Virus record (IMG/VR): IMGVR_UViG_2558860226_000001
Coordinates: 1 to 64,000 of that record
DNA length: 64,000 bases
Strand: one strand, 5' to 3'
Origin: a virus
Lineage: Duplodnaviria > Caudoviricetes
A model generated the notes under the pieces. The model saw only the letters and a program-made list of their open reading frames with translations, was not told the DNA's origin and did no database searches. Made by a program: the position numbers and the translations under genes. Positions 20,986 through 29,324 of the stretch are shown piece by piece; the stretch's first letter is position 1; every line of letters begins with the position of its first letter.

Positions 20986-21471
20986 TCAAGGCTGATTTAC
21001 GCCGCCACGTTGCTGCAATATATCGGAGATCGACATGTCAGATGGATGGCAAAGTTCACGTGAATCATAAGTCCGCGACCAGTAAGCAAGCCAATCTTCC
21101 AATTCTCTACAGGTGTACGTCTTGCAGGCCAGCCCCTCAGCCATAGTGACAATGTCATCACCCGGTGCCGTCAGCTCGTAGCCATTGATTAGCAAAAATA
21201 TATAACCACCCATCATAGCCGTACGCTTGTTGGCGTTCGCAAACGGGTGATTTTGTATCAGGCTTTCAATAAGAGCCGCGGCCAAGACAAACATGTCATC
21301 TGTTTGCTGATAATATCTCGTCAGGCTTGGTCTGGATTGCGATGAACTGAGATTGTTTGGATTGAGAACGCAAACAGGCTCGGATGGTGTTTGCGCCTCA
21401 ATCAAACTTTTATTGATAAAAATCAGATCATCTTCGGAAAGGTAATGAACTCCATCAATAAACTCGGCCAT
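20986..21471 (-). CDS. Doc (Fic-family) toxin
   Basis: QNHPFANANKRTA Doc-type motif. Confidence 0.88.
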   Translation of the reverse strand: MAEFIDGVHYLSEDDLIFINKSLIEAQTPSEPVCVLNPNNLSSSQSRPSLTRYYQQTDDMFVLAAALIESLIQNHPFANANKRTAMMGGYIFLLINGYELTAPGDDIVTMAEGLACKTYTCRELEDWLAYWSRTYDSRELCHPSDMSISDILQQRGGVNQP

Positions 21472-21480
21472 GCGTGTGCT

Positions 21481-21660
21481 TTACACCTTAGAGAGATCTT
21501 CCATCGCCTTTTCGTAACGAGCAAAACCAAAAGCAAAGGCGTTCTTTACCTGATCTGCGTGTGCGCAGTCGCTTCCCATTGCCGCACGTGGAGATGCCAC
21601 CACGCCTTTGTCACGCGGGGGGATGTACAACCGCTCGGACTTTCTCAGTGCGTGACTCAT
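21481..21660 (-). CDS. Small putative antitoxin for Doc
   Basis: 59 aa, 9 bp upstream of doc, C-terminal helix FARYEKAMEDLSKV; AGAGG SD. Confidence 0.6.
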   Translation of the reverse strand: MSHALRKSERLYIPPRDKGVVASPRAAMGSDCAHADQVKNAFAFGFARYEKAMEDLSKV

Positions 21661-22178
21661 AATATAAACCTCTGTAATTACTAACAATATTGTGTAATCC
21701 ATTAACATAAGACCACCAGTGCGCGCCATTCACTACAGCCCAATGGTTAGAATGACCTGTAATGCATCTAGTAATCTTAGGGCTAAGTTTATAGTAAACA
21801 CCGAGTCAAGCCATGGTTTACTTTCACAGGCAAACAAAAAAATCAATAGCGCATAATCAAATCCCCATTTGTACAAGGGATTTCATTAACCTGGCTCAAT
21901 CATAGTTAGCAATCGGTCTGACGCCACACAAATGAAGTGCGTAGACAAAAACTCGCGTTAGGTAAAGACTGATCGCCTGTACAGGGTTTATTTGTAATCA
22001 ACCATCAAAAGGTGCGGTTCTCGTTTGCGTTTTACAAAAAAAATATGATTCTTGCGTTGCGCGGTTAACCATTTTCGGTCAAGCTTTGATTTAACAAGTA
22101 AAGGTTTTGATTTGCCAAATCCAGTAGCTAATCTAGTACGCGCAAAACGAAAGGACTCCCGATCATTGTGGGGGACAT

Positions 22179-22811
22179 ATGCAAACAGCAGCTAAGAATA
22201 CAACTATGCCATACATGATCCCGGAAGCGGACTTCGACAGAAAGCTCAGCGTTATCAAAAACAACATCGAGCATACCAGCTCTTTTTTGCAAAAAGGCAT
22301 AGAGGATTTCTCGTTGCCGGGCTTTGTTGTGCCATTTGGCTATCGACTGGTTAAATCTCGTGATAACGAACACTACCGACTGATTACTGATTCGCAAGAT
22401 TCAGAAACCGTTTACGCCGTTAAACTGCTGTTTCGGCATGACATCATAAACGCTAAAAAAACATGCACGCAGATATTGGTATGGCGAACCATTCAGGCCC
22501 AGCATGACAGTGCCGTCCGAGGTCTTCCCCAAGTTTTCTTTGAGTTTTTTTTAGAAAGCTACTCGATTGTCGTATCTGATGAAGAGCAAACTCCTGATGG
22601 ACGCCGCTTTTGGGAACGAATGATTTCGTGGGCCATGTCTGCAACTGGATATCATGTATATGTATCAGATGGCACGCAAGAATCGCGTCCGTTGACATTT
22701 ATGACATCATGGGACGACTTCTATACTACGTGGTCTGAATTCTGCTGGGGTCATGACAAAGAGTGTCATCGCCACAGGCTGCTAGTGATCAGCAAAGACA
22801 AGCTGCACTAA
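22179..22811 (+). CDS. Hypothetical moron protein, possibly GNAT-like fold
   Basis: 210-aa ORF with SD and own terminator; VSDEEQTPDGRRFW motif. Confidence 0.7.
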   Translation: MQTAAKNTTMPYMIPEADFDRKLSVIKNNIEHTSSFLQKGIEDFSLPGFVVPFGYRLVKSRDNEHYRLITDSQDSETVYAVKLLFRHDIINAKKTCTQILVWRTIQAQHDSAVRGLPQVFFEFFLESYSIVVSDEEQTPDGRRFWERMISWAMSATGYHVYVSDGTQESRPLTFMTSWDDFYTTWSEFCWGHDKECHRHRLLVISKDKLH

Positions 22812-22820
22812 TCACCAAAC

Positions 22821-22842
22821 TAAACCCGGCTTGCCGGGTTTA
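22821..22842. terminator. Intrinsic terminator
   Basis: taaacccgg-N4-ccgggttta. Confidence 0.75.
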
Positions 22843-22865
22843 TTATTGTCATTCAAATAACCTTG

Positions 22866-22894
22866 TTGACGCCCAGATCACTATCAGCTACATT
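22866..22894 (+). promoter_or_regulatory. Sigma70 promoter of C4-like cassette 1
   Basis: TTGACG-N17-TACATT. Confidence 0.65.
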
Positions 22895-23008
22895 CTGTGT
22901 CACGAGGCGTAGAAACCTCTCCAAAAGCGGTCCTAACCAACCCCGATAGCGTTGGATTTTTTATGCCTGTCATTCAGTGGGCGCAGTGCGCGACCACACC
23001 CCGAATAA

Positions 23009-23093
23009 TGTCGGGAGGGCAACGAATACAACACCCAGCAATGGGGAATAAGTTCGCGGTATCTTTTGGGCCGTTTCTAACCTCCCGACACCA
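23009..23093 (+). ncRNA. C4-type antisense RNA 1
   Basis: 10-bp closing stem tgtcgggagg/cctcccgaca + CCA; inner AATACAACACCC..GGGGAATA; loops complementary to leader tagaaac/ccaaaag. Confidence 0.72.
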
Positions 23094-23108
23094 CACCATC
23101 TGTGGTAA

Positions 23109-23138
23109 TTGACAATCTAATTAATTTCAGAATATAGT
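23109..23138 (+). promoter_or_regulatory. Sigma70 promoter of C4-like cassette 2
   Basis: TTGACA-N18-TATAGT. Confidence 0.65.
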
Positions 23139-23222
23139 TCCGTCAGGTGCTCAAAACACCACAAACAGCGGATACCGCACCCGATAGACTTGCGGATTTT
23201 TTGTGCCTGAATTTTGGATATA

Positions 23223-23303
23223 TGGCCGGGCGTGCGGCTAATACAACACCCGAAAGGGGAATATGCCCGCCGACTGTTTGCGGTTTTGAGCGCCCGGCCA
23301 CCC
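23223..23303 (+). ncRNA. C4-type antisense RNA 2
   Basis: 10-bp closing stem tggccgggcg/cgcccggcca; same inner motif; loops complementary to leader gctcaaaac/caaacag. Confidence 0.72.
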
Positions 23304-23337
23304 TACGCAACGCCGGTTATTGCCCATCACATTAATC

Positions 23338-23574
23338 CTATTGTTTTGGCGTTTGCTGCTTCTCAATTAACAACTTTAACCCTTCTAGTGATCTAGCAAT
23401 CTCAGTAAGACTACCCGCAGGATTAGTGGTAAACGCGGCCTCAACCCACGCCTCTAAGGCGGCAACAATTTCAGCGTTTATGGATCTCTTATTCCTTTCT
23501 GCAAGAGCCGCCACCTTCTCTTTTAATTCCGGATGGATTCTGACGTTGAACTGTGGATTTCTAGGTGCTGACAT
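23338..23574 (-). CDS. Arc/Mnt-family ribbon-helix-helix repressor
   Basis: PQFNVRIHPELKEKV...NKRSINAEIV. Confidence 0.88.
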   Translation of the reverse strand: MSAPRNPQFNVRIHPELKEKVAALAERNKRSINAEIVAALEAWVEAAFTTNPAGSLTEIARSLEGLKLLIEKQQTPKQ

Positions 23575-23600
23575 AAAAATTACCTTGCTCAAATATTGAG

Positions 23601-23654
23601 TTGACATGATAGCCCACGGATACTAACATTTCAACATTGGTAGCCACTGGCTAC
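23601..23654 (+). promoter_or_regulatory. Antirepressor promoter with palindromic operator
   Basis: TTGACA-N17-TAACAT; GTAGCCA-C-TGGCTAC palindrome at 23640-23654. Confidence 0.6.
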
Positions 23655-23726
23655 TAACACGACGAAGCCCCAACTACTTGCGATAGCTGGGGCCTCTAAT
23701 TTGCCAGTAACCTGTGAGAAACCGAC

Positions 23727-24623
23727 ATGAAGAGTATGGCAAAAGTAAATGCTGATATCACCATTTTTAAGTTTGACGATAGAGATATTCGCGTTGTGAT
23801 GAAAAAAGGTGATCCTTGGTTTGTTGCCGCGGATTTATGTGACGCCTTGAATCTGACTAACTCCCGCGTTTCGCTTATGGCTCTGGATGATGATGAAAAG
23901 GATGTAAGTTTAATTTACACCCGTGGAGGTCGGCAGATAATGTCTGTTGTTAGTGAGTCTGGCATGTACACACTGATTCTTCGCTGTCGTGATGCTGTTA
24001 AACCCGGAACCGTTCCGTATCGCGTTAGAAAATGGGTCACTGCTGATGTTTTACCATCAATCCGTGAAACTGGGAAATACACTAAAAATTACGAAGATAT
24101 CGAAAAGACTACTGTTGATGACCGCACCCCGCTGCGCAGCTTAGTAAACCGGATTATGGGTAAGTACGGCATCCCATATCAGCCCATCTACAAAATGATC
24201 CACCGAGAATTTGGCGTTAACCATATCGATGAGCTTTCGCCAAAACAGGCAGCAGAAGCGATGGACTATTTGGCCGCAAAGGTCATAGAGGGTGAATTCC
24301 TCGGCAAGCAATCTCTACCAGCAACACCTCCATCACCAGCGCTTACCGTGCAGGAAATGAATCGTCTGGTGTGGCTATGGGATTACGCCAACCGCTCACA
24401 GGCCATTTTCAGGGAGCTAATGCCAGTCATGCAGCAATTGCAATCCTCGTATCATGGGGTGTGCTGCGATTACGGATATGAGTTCTCAGCAATCCTGTCA
24501 CTATCGCGTGACGCTGTGCTGAAGCTGACCAGTGGCGTAGATGTTCAGGCGCCCAGCGACTCAATAAACATATCAGCATGGATCAGGCTAAAGAATAACG
24601 AGCTACCGGCAAGACTGCGTTAA
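23727..24623 (+). CDS. Bro-N antirepressor with P22 Ant-like C-terminus
   Basis: PWFVAADLCDAL..VSESGMYTLILRCR..KWVT..VLPSIRETGKY; LVWLWDYANRSQ. Confidence 0.88.
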   Translation: MKSMAKVNADITIFKFDDRDIRVVMKKGDPWFVAADLCDALNLTNSRVSLMALDDDEKDVSLIYTRGGRQIMSVVSESGMYTLILRCRDAVKPGTVPYRVRKWVTADVLPSIRETGKYTKNYEDIEKTTVDDRTPLRSLVNRIMGKYGIPYQPIYKMIHREFGVNHIDELSPKQAAEAMDYLAAKVIEGEFLGKQSLPATPPSPALTVQEMNRLVWLWDYANRSQAIFRELMPVMQQLQSSYHGVCCDYGYEFSAILSLSRDAVLKLTSGVDVQAPSDSINISAWIRLKNNELPARLR

Positions 24624-24703
24624 CTTGGAATTACTCACAGACCACGCTGCGCAGGGACGCGCAACAAAAAACCGATGGTCGGGCTATAGATATTAAAAGT
24701 TTA

Positions 24704-25084
24704 TTATGCTGCCTTTGCTTTCATTTCTTCTATTTTTGCCAGCATTCTTTCAACCACAGCTATAGAAGTGATGGCCTCTGATGCACTAATCGTTTCGTCA
24801 AGCTTGTAATCAGCCCGTTTTCTTTGCATTTTTTGCTGCTTCAAAACAGCGCCAAGTTGAACTAATGCAATGAACTCAAACGGCTCATTTTTTCTCCTGG
24901 CATCTTTGGTGAGGTATTCAACAACACCATCATGTGTAGTTGGAGGGCAATGGGTAAGTATTCCGCAAGTTTCATGGTAAAAGGCATAATAAGCACGAGA
25001 AATCGCGCTTCTCAATCCAGATTCGGTTCCAGAATCCAAGCAGGATTTTGCGGCAGAGACAAAATCTTTCCCTTTTATGCTCAT
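24704..25084 (-). CDS. HEPN domain protein
   Basis: RSAISRAYYAFYH...H...RKRADY; ATGA-coupled to upstream gene. Confidence 0.82.
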   Translation of the reverse strand: MSIKGKDFVSAAKSCLDSGTESGLRSAISRAYYAFYHETCGILTHCPPTTHDGVVEYLTKDARRKNEPFEFIALVQLGAVLKQQKMQRKRADYKLDETISASEAITSIAVVERMLAKIEEMKAKAA

Positions 25085-25851
25085 GATGCTGAAATCTCCG
25101 TTTCTATGTTTCCTCGATACCAAGCTGTAAGATTTTTGCTTGCAAAAGAATCATTTGTTGCCAGCGCAATTGCAATGTCTATATCCATGTTAGCCAGCTT
25201 CTCCGCATCATCGCAAAGAACATTGCAGATGATCGCAGCATCTCCATCATCACTAGTGTAGTAATCATGTGATGTTGCTAATGCGTTGTGATTTTTTGCG
25301 ATGGTTGAGGCAATAAGCGAAAGAGATTTTAGCTCAGACGGATAAAGGCTTGTAACCTCTATAAAATCTTCTAATTGCTTTTTCTTATTTAAAACATCCA
25401 TTTGCATTTCATTGCGCTCATTATCATCACTTATCATGGATATGGCCTTCCTTGCAAAAAATAATGTAAGCTCGCCATCGCCATCAGCATACGCGGCGTT
25501 TCTTGCCGTAATGCATAGATTAAAGCTGTTTATTTCACGGCCAAGCCTTACCGCTTCATTTTGATAATCCTCAAAATGACCAGTATGCCCAAGATAAGTA
25601 AGATAATTCTGTGCTGAGATCTCGTCACGATATGATGCTGCTTCTTTGAAAAATGAAACCGCCTTTTCGTGTTGTGCTGCAGCTCCGTAAGCCAAAGCCG
25701 ATATCATCAGCTTTGTTGGCTCATCTTGAATCTTTTCAACATCTGATAGAACGCGCTTAAGAGTAAAAGCGTCCAGAATGCTACCGGTCTCTATGTGAGA
25801 GATTAGCATTATCGTAGTGTCACGAAATCCTTTTTTTTGTGTCTGAGCCAT
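25081..25851 (-). CDS. Hypothetical helical (TPR-like) protein, partner of HEPN
   Basis: 256 aa with GGAGGG SD; ALAYGAAAQHEKAVSFFKEA TPR-like segment. Confidence 0.7.
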   Translation of the reverse strand: MAQTQKKGFRDTTIMLISHIETGSILDAFTLKRVLSDVEKIQDEPTKLMISALAYGAAAQHEKAVSFFKEAASYRDEISAQNYLTYLGHTGHFEDYQNEAVRLGREINSFNLCITARNAAYADGDGELTLFFARKAISMISDDNERNEMQMDVLNKKKQLEDFIEVTSLYPSELKSLSLIASTIAKNHNALATSHDYYTSDDGDAAIICNVLCDDAEKLANMDIDIAIALATNDSFASKNLTAWYRGNIETEISAS

Positions 25852-26004
25852 TTAACCCCTCCCTATTCCACAAACTTAGCATTAGGAAGGGGAACCAACA
25901 ACCTGTTGTTTTATTCATGATTGCTGCCAACCAATGATTTCCCCACATGATTACTCAATACTGCATCAGTAACAGTATTGGTGCGGTCTCGATGTCTGCC
26001 GATG

Positions 26005-26649
26005 TTAAACCCTGAGTGACTTTTTCCAGTCATATTTCAATTGTTGCAGGTTCCAGCACGACTTAGCTATATCAACAATCGCAATGCGCGAGTTAGGGTC
26101 AAGCCCCGGCGCGTCTTGCAATCTCGTTACGACTTCATCTAGCGGAACGCCAATTGACTGTTGCCCTGCGGCACGCTCGCATATCGTGCGCACTGCATAA
26201 TCTATGTCAGATTGCTGATAGGGATTTGATGACAGCAGGTATTGATAGCGCATCTGCAACTGCTGGCTGTATTTTGTAATGGATCGGTTGTCCATGCACT
26301 CCTTGCTTGCCTGACAGTCTTTCTCTTTTTTGTCGGCAGCTTGTTTTTCTTTTTCATCAAATTCACGGATGCCGTTATCAAACGCGGACAGATAAGCGGT
26401 GTGGTAACAATTCTTATCCGTCCCGCACTTGCTGGTATCAGCTGTCAAATTGCTGCCCGTATGAGAAAGATAATCTTGTTTCAGCTCTTTAACCGATTTA
26501 TACCATGTCCTTCCGTGACCATTGGGCCAAAATTCTTTTACTGGCTCATACGTTTCCGATTCAGTCCTTTGATACTCTTTTATTTGCTCCGGCGTCATTG
26601 CGCATCCAGCGGCAGACAATGCAAGTAACAGCACGATTTTTTTATTCAT
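26005..26649 (-). CDS. Putative lipoprotein
   Basis: MNKKIVLLLALSAAGC lipobox; several Cys; coupled to spike gene stop. Confidence 0.75.
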   Translation of the reverse strand: MNKKIVLLLALSAAGCAMTPEQIKEYQRTESETYEPVKEFWPNGHGRTWYKSVKELKQDYLSHTGSNLTADTSKCGTDKNCYHTAYLSAFDNGIREFDEKEKQAADKKEKDCQASKECMDNRSITKYSQQLQMRYQYLLSSNPYQQSDIDYAVRTICERAAGQQSIGVPLDEVVTRLQDAPGLDPNSRIAIVDIAKSCWNLQQLKYDWKKSLRV

Positions 26650-27251
26650 TATTGCGGCCCTGAGGTTAGCGATCCCCCCGATTGTACGCCGCCATGAGCA
26701 TGATTTTCCACTGATATATTACCCGCCCTAATGTCTCCCGCGGCGGTAATTGTGCTGGTTGTTGTCACCGGGCCTATAATGTGCATTCCATTAGGAGCCA
26801 TGATAGTGATACCACCATCAGCGAATTCGATATACTGCGTGGGTGTAGGGTTCAGTAACCCGATTCCGCCGAGGTATACCGCGTCAGCAAGGTTGTGCTC
26901 TCTTTTGCTGCCGGGGATGGCTTGCGCCCCACTGCTTTTAACCAGACTGATATCCCGGTCACAGACCAAAATCAGCCCAACATCACCCACAGACGGATTC
27001 ATGATTACCGCGCTTTGCCCATGCTGTAACCGCATAAACGGAACGTTGTAAATCAGGTCTGTATCGTTGATTTTTTTACCGGACGCATCAACAGGATTAA
27101 CAAACCGCCTTACCGTCAGGGTCGAGCCTGTAATAGCGGTCACCTGAGCCAATTCGACAAATGAGCATCTTGATAGCATTTGCCGAAACACGAACGCCAG
27201 CGAATTGCCCTCACACGATATATCTGCCGGGGTTTGATTGATCGGATTCAT
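26649..27251 (-). CDS. Baseplate spike (gpV/gp138-like)
   Basis: P.VGDVGLILVCDRDIS; C-terminal HAHGGVQSG metal-tip motif. Confidence 0.88.
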   Translation of the reverse strand: MNPINQTPADISCEGNSLAFVFRQMLSRCSFVELAQVTAITGSTLTVRRFVNPVDASGKKINDTDLIYNVPFMRLQHGQSAVIMNPSVGDVGLILVCDRDISLVKSSGAQAIPGSKREHNLADAVYLGGIGLLNPTPTQYIEFADGGITIMAPNGMHIIGPVTTTSTITAAGDIRAGNISVENHAHGGVQSGGSLTSGPQ

Positions 27252-28102
27252 TGCACCCACTCCGTAGGCGTCGCAGTTATCACAGAAAACCACGGGCCAC
27301 CTTCAATTTGAGACGATAGGTAATGTGACGTACCCACCTGAATGAGATAATCCCCACTAACGTGTGGTAAATCGCTCTCTATGCGAATTTTGCGGCACAC
27401 CTTAATTAACGGCGAATACAGACAGGTGACTGATATCCCCAATTCAGTAAATATGGGATAACCAATCATGCCGTGGTCAGCAGAAATCAATACGACTTTG
27501 TCATCAATCGGATTTTTGCCGGTATAAATGGTTACCTTGCCAACGTCAATATCAGCATTAAAACCATATGCACGGGCAATGCTTTGTATCTGGTCTATAG
27601 CGCTGCCATCAAAACGCTGATTATCAACAGCAACATCAACGTCAGCGTTGTAAAACGAAAATCCAGCTGCCCCGGCTATGCCTTTTATTAAATCCTGAGC
27701 CGTGGTCTTCCCGGCCACTGACGTGGCCGGGAATGGTATTGTCCGTTCATACGCCGTGGCCTGCGCGATAATTTCTATCGGAGCTTCTGGCATCATGTTA
27801 GCATTAATCATTGGACTGGTGATTGAGCCGGAAAAAATACGCTCGTCATTGGCGATAATTTCAATCTGGTTTTGTTTCTGAGCGATAATCCGGCGCGTTC
27901 TTGATGTCAACTTGGCTATGATATCCATCGACAGTCCGTAAATACGCGCATTGGCTACGGTGCCGGTAGCGCCACCGTATGCCGACACACTCACCTCACA
28001 CTTGAAACCCTTTAGCGTGATAGTGTCATTTTCTTTTTTATCATCGAACGAACCCTCTGACAGTTTGAATTTTATTTCAATGTCGCGGCGTTCGTATGTC
28101 AT
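27248..28102 (-). CDS. Baseplate hub protein
   Basis: ARIYGLS, GMIGYP motifs; directly upstream of spike. Confidence 0.75.
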   Translation of the reverse strand: MTYERRDIEIKFKLSEGSFDDKKENDTITLKGFKCEVSVSAYGGATGTVANARIYGLSMDIIAKLTSRTRRIIAQKQNQIEIIANDERIFSGSITSPMINANMMPEAPIEIIAQATAYERTIPFPATSVAGKTTAQDLIKGIAGAAGFSFYNADVDVAVDNQRFDGSAIDQIQSIARAYGFNADIDVGKVTIYTGKNPIDDKVVLISADHGMIGYPIFTELGISVTCLYSPLIKVCRKIRIESDLPHVSGDYLIQVGTSHYLSSQIEGGPWFSVITATPTEWVQ

Positions 28103-28398
28103 AAATCAGATGCCTCTAAATAGTAGAGTTTGTATCGACTACCAAGGCCATCCCATACCGGGTCGGTATCACCTTCCATATCAGAAAAAACCAGATCGCC
28201 GATAAAACCGAGGTATTTATATCTCACCATTCGATTGCAATTCAGGCATATAACGCCTTGCATTATTGCTTTTTCACCAACGTAGAGATCCATATAAAGG
28301 CCGGTAGTTCTTTGGTGTATTTTTATTCGGCAAGATTGACCGCCTAGTGTAATGCTTATTTCTTGTGATTTTTCCGCCGCAATAGCAATACTCAACAT
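28099..28398 (-). CDS. Baseplate plug-like protein
   Basis: YLGFIGDLVFSDMEG..DPVWDGLGSRYKL. Confidence 0.72.
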   Translation of the reverse strand: MLSIAIAAEKSQEISITLGGQSCRIKIHQRTTGLYMDLYVGEKAIMQGVICLNCNRMVRYKYLGFIGDLVFSDMEGDTDPVWDGLGSRYKLYYLEASDL

Positions 28399-29249
28399 TA
28401 TAAAATCTCCTTAACAAACCTAGAAACATAGTCTTTTATCTGTTCGGCATTAGCATTGGTGGCTTCGTCATATGCCTCACTAACAGTTTCAGCGGCAGAC
28501 ACAACACCGGAAACAATTGCGCTTCCGGTTGTTGAAAGGGCTTTGGCAAATGCAGTTGCAGAGTTGGCAGAGGCCCACGCTTTTTTAGCTTCATCTAATG
28601 TTACAGGTGTCGTATTTGATATAGTTTTGCTTGTTGAAATTGCACCATTCCGGGTTCCCCTTTGGTTGTCTGTCTTTTGTTCTTTGGTTGTTGAGCTTGA
28701 TATAACCACTTCACCGGTTTGCATGACGGCCTGAAATACCGCACTGACTTTTAGCAGTGTCTGGCCATTTTTCGCGGTAACCGAGTAATCATAATGAGCC
28801 AGGTCATACGATTCAAAAACACCGTCCGGCGTTTCGATATTGTACGTGCTCGCACTGGTACGCATTTCATCAAGAATATCAATGAGGTTTGAGCGGCTCA
28901 GCATACTGAAATTGGTCAGGTTAGGTAATGCCCCGCTAAATGCTGACCATCCCTCAAGCAAGAATTGAACGCGGATTTCTCTCGGCTTCTTAACTTTGTT
29001 GTATGAAGTATAAGAGCCTTTTTCAATTGGTGAATTCACGATTACAGCATCGGCGGATTGCTCAATAGAACCCCAACCGCTAGGAGTAAAAACCTTCTGT
29101 CCGACTACTTTTGTCTTGTCGGTATTATTCTTATCAATCGTGTTGTAATAAATGCCATAAGTAGGTGCAAATGCGCCATTAATGACAGAGAAAATACTTC
29201 TGCTTTTAACAGCGGATAACAGGGTTGTTTCGTTAAGCGAGAAAGACAT
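28398..29249 (-). CDS. Tail tube initiator / Dit-like baseplate protein
   Basis: PIEKGSYTSYNKVKKP motif; position in tail operon. Confidence 0.7.
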   Translation of the reverse strand: MSFSLNETTLLSAVKSRSIFSVINGAFAPTYGIYYNTIDKNNTDKTKVVGQKVFTPSGWGSIEQSADAVIVNSPIEKGSYTSYNKVKKPREIRVQFLLEGWSAFSGALPNLTNFSMLSRSNLIDILDEMRTSASTYNIETPDGVFESYDLAHYDYSVTAKNGQTLLKVSAVFQAVMQTGEVVISSSTTKEQKTDNQRGTRNGAISTSKTISNTTPVTLDEAKKAWASANSATAFAKALSTTGSAIVSGVVSAAETVSEAYDEATNANAEQIKDYVSRFVKEIL

Positions 29250-29324
29250 TACATCTCCTGATAAATCCATAGGTAATAAACCCGTCTAAACGGGTTTGGT
29301 GTGTTCGATTATTTTGCCACTAAA

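Noticed and set aside
22897-23396. Small ORFs over the C4-like cassettes (Ash-like peptides)
   Set aside because: No clear SD; the conservation between the two units fits RNA stems and loop-target pairing rather than codons. Translation is not strictly excluded
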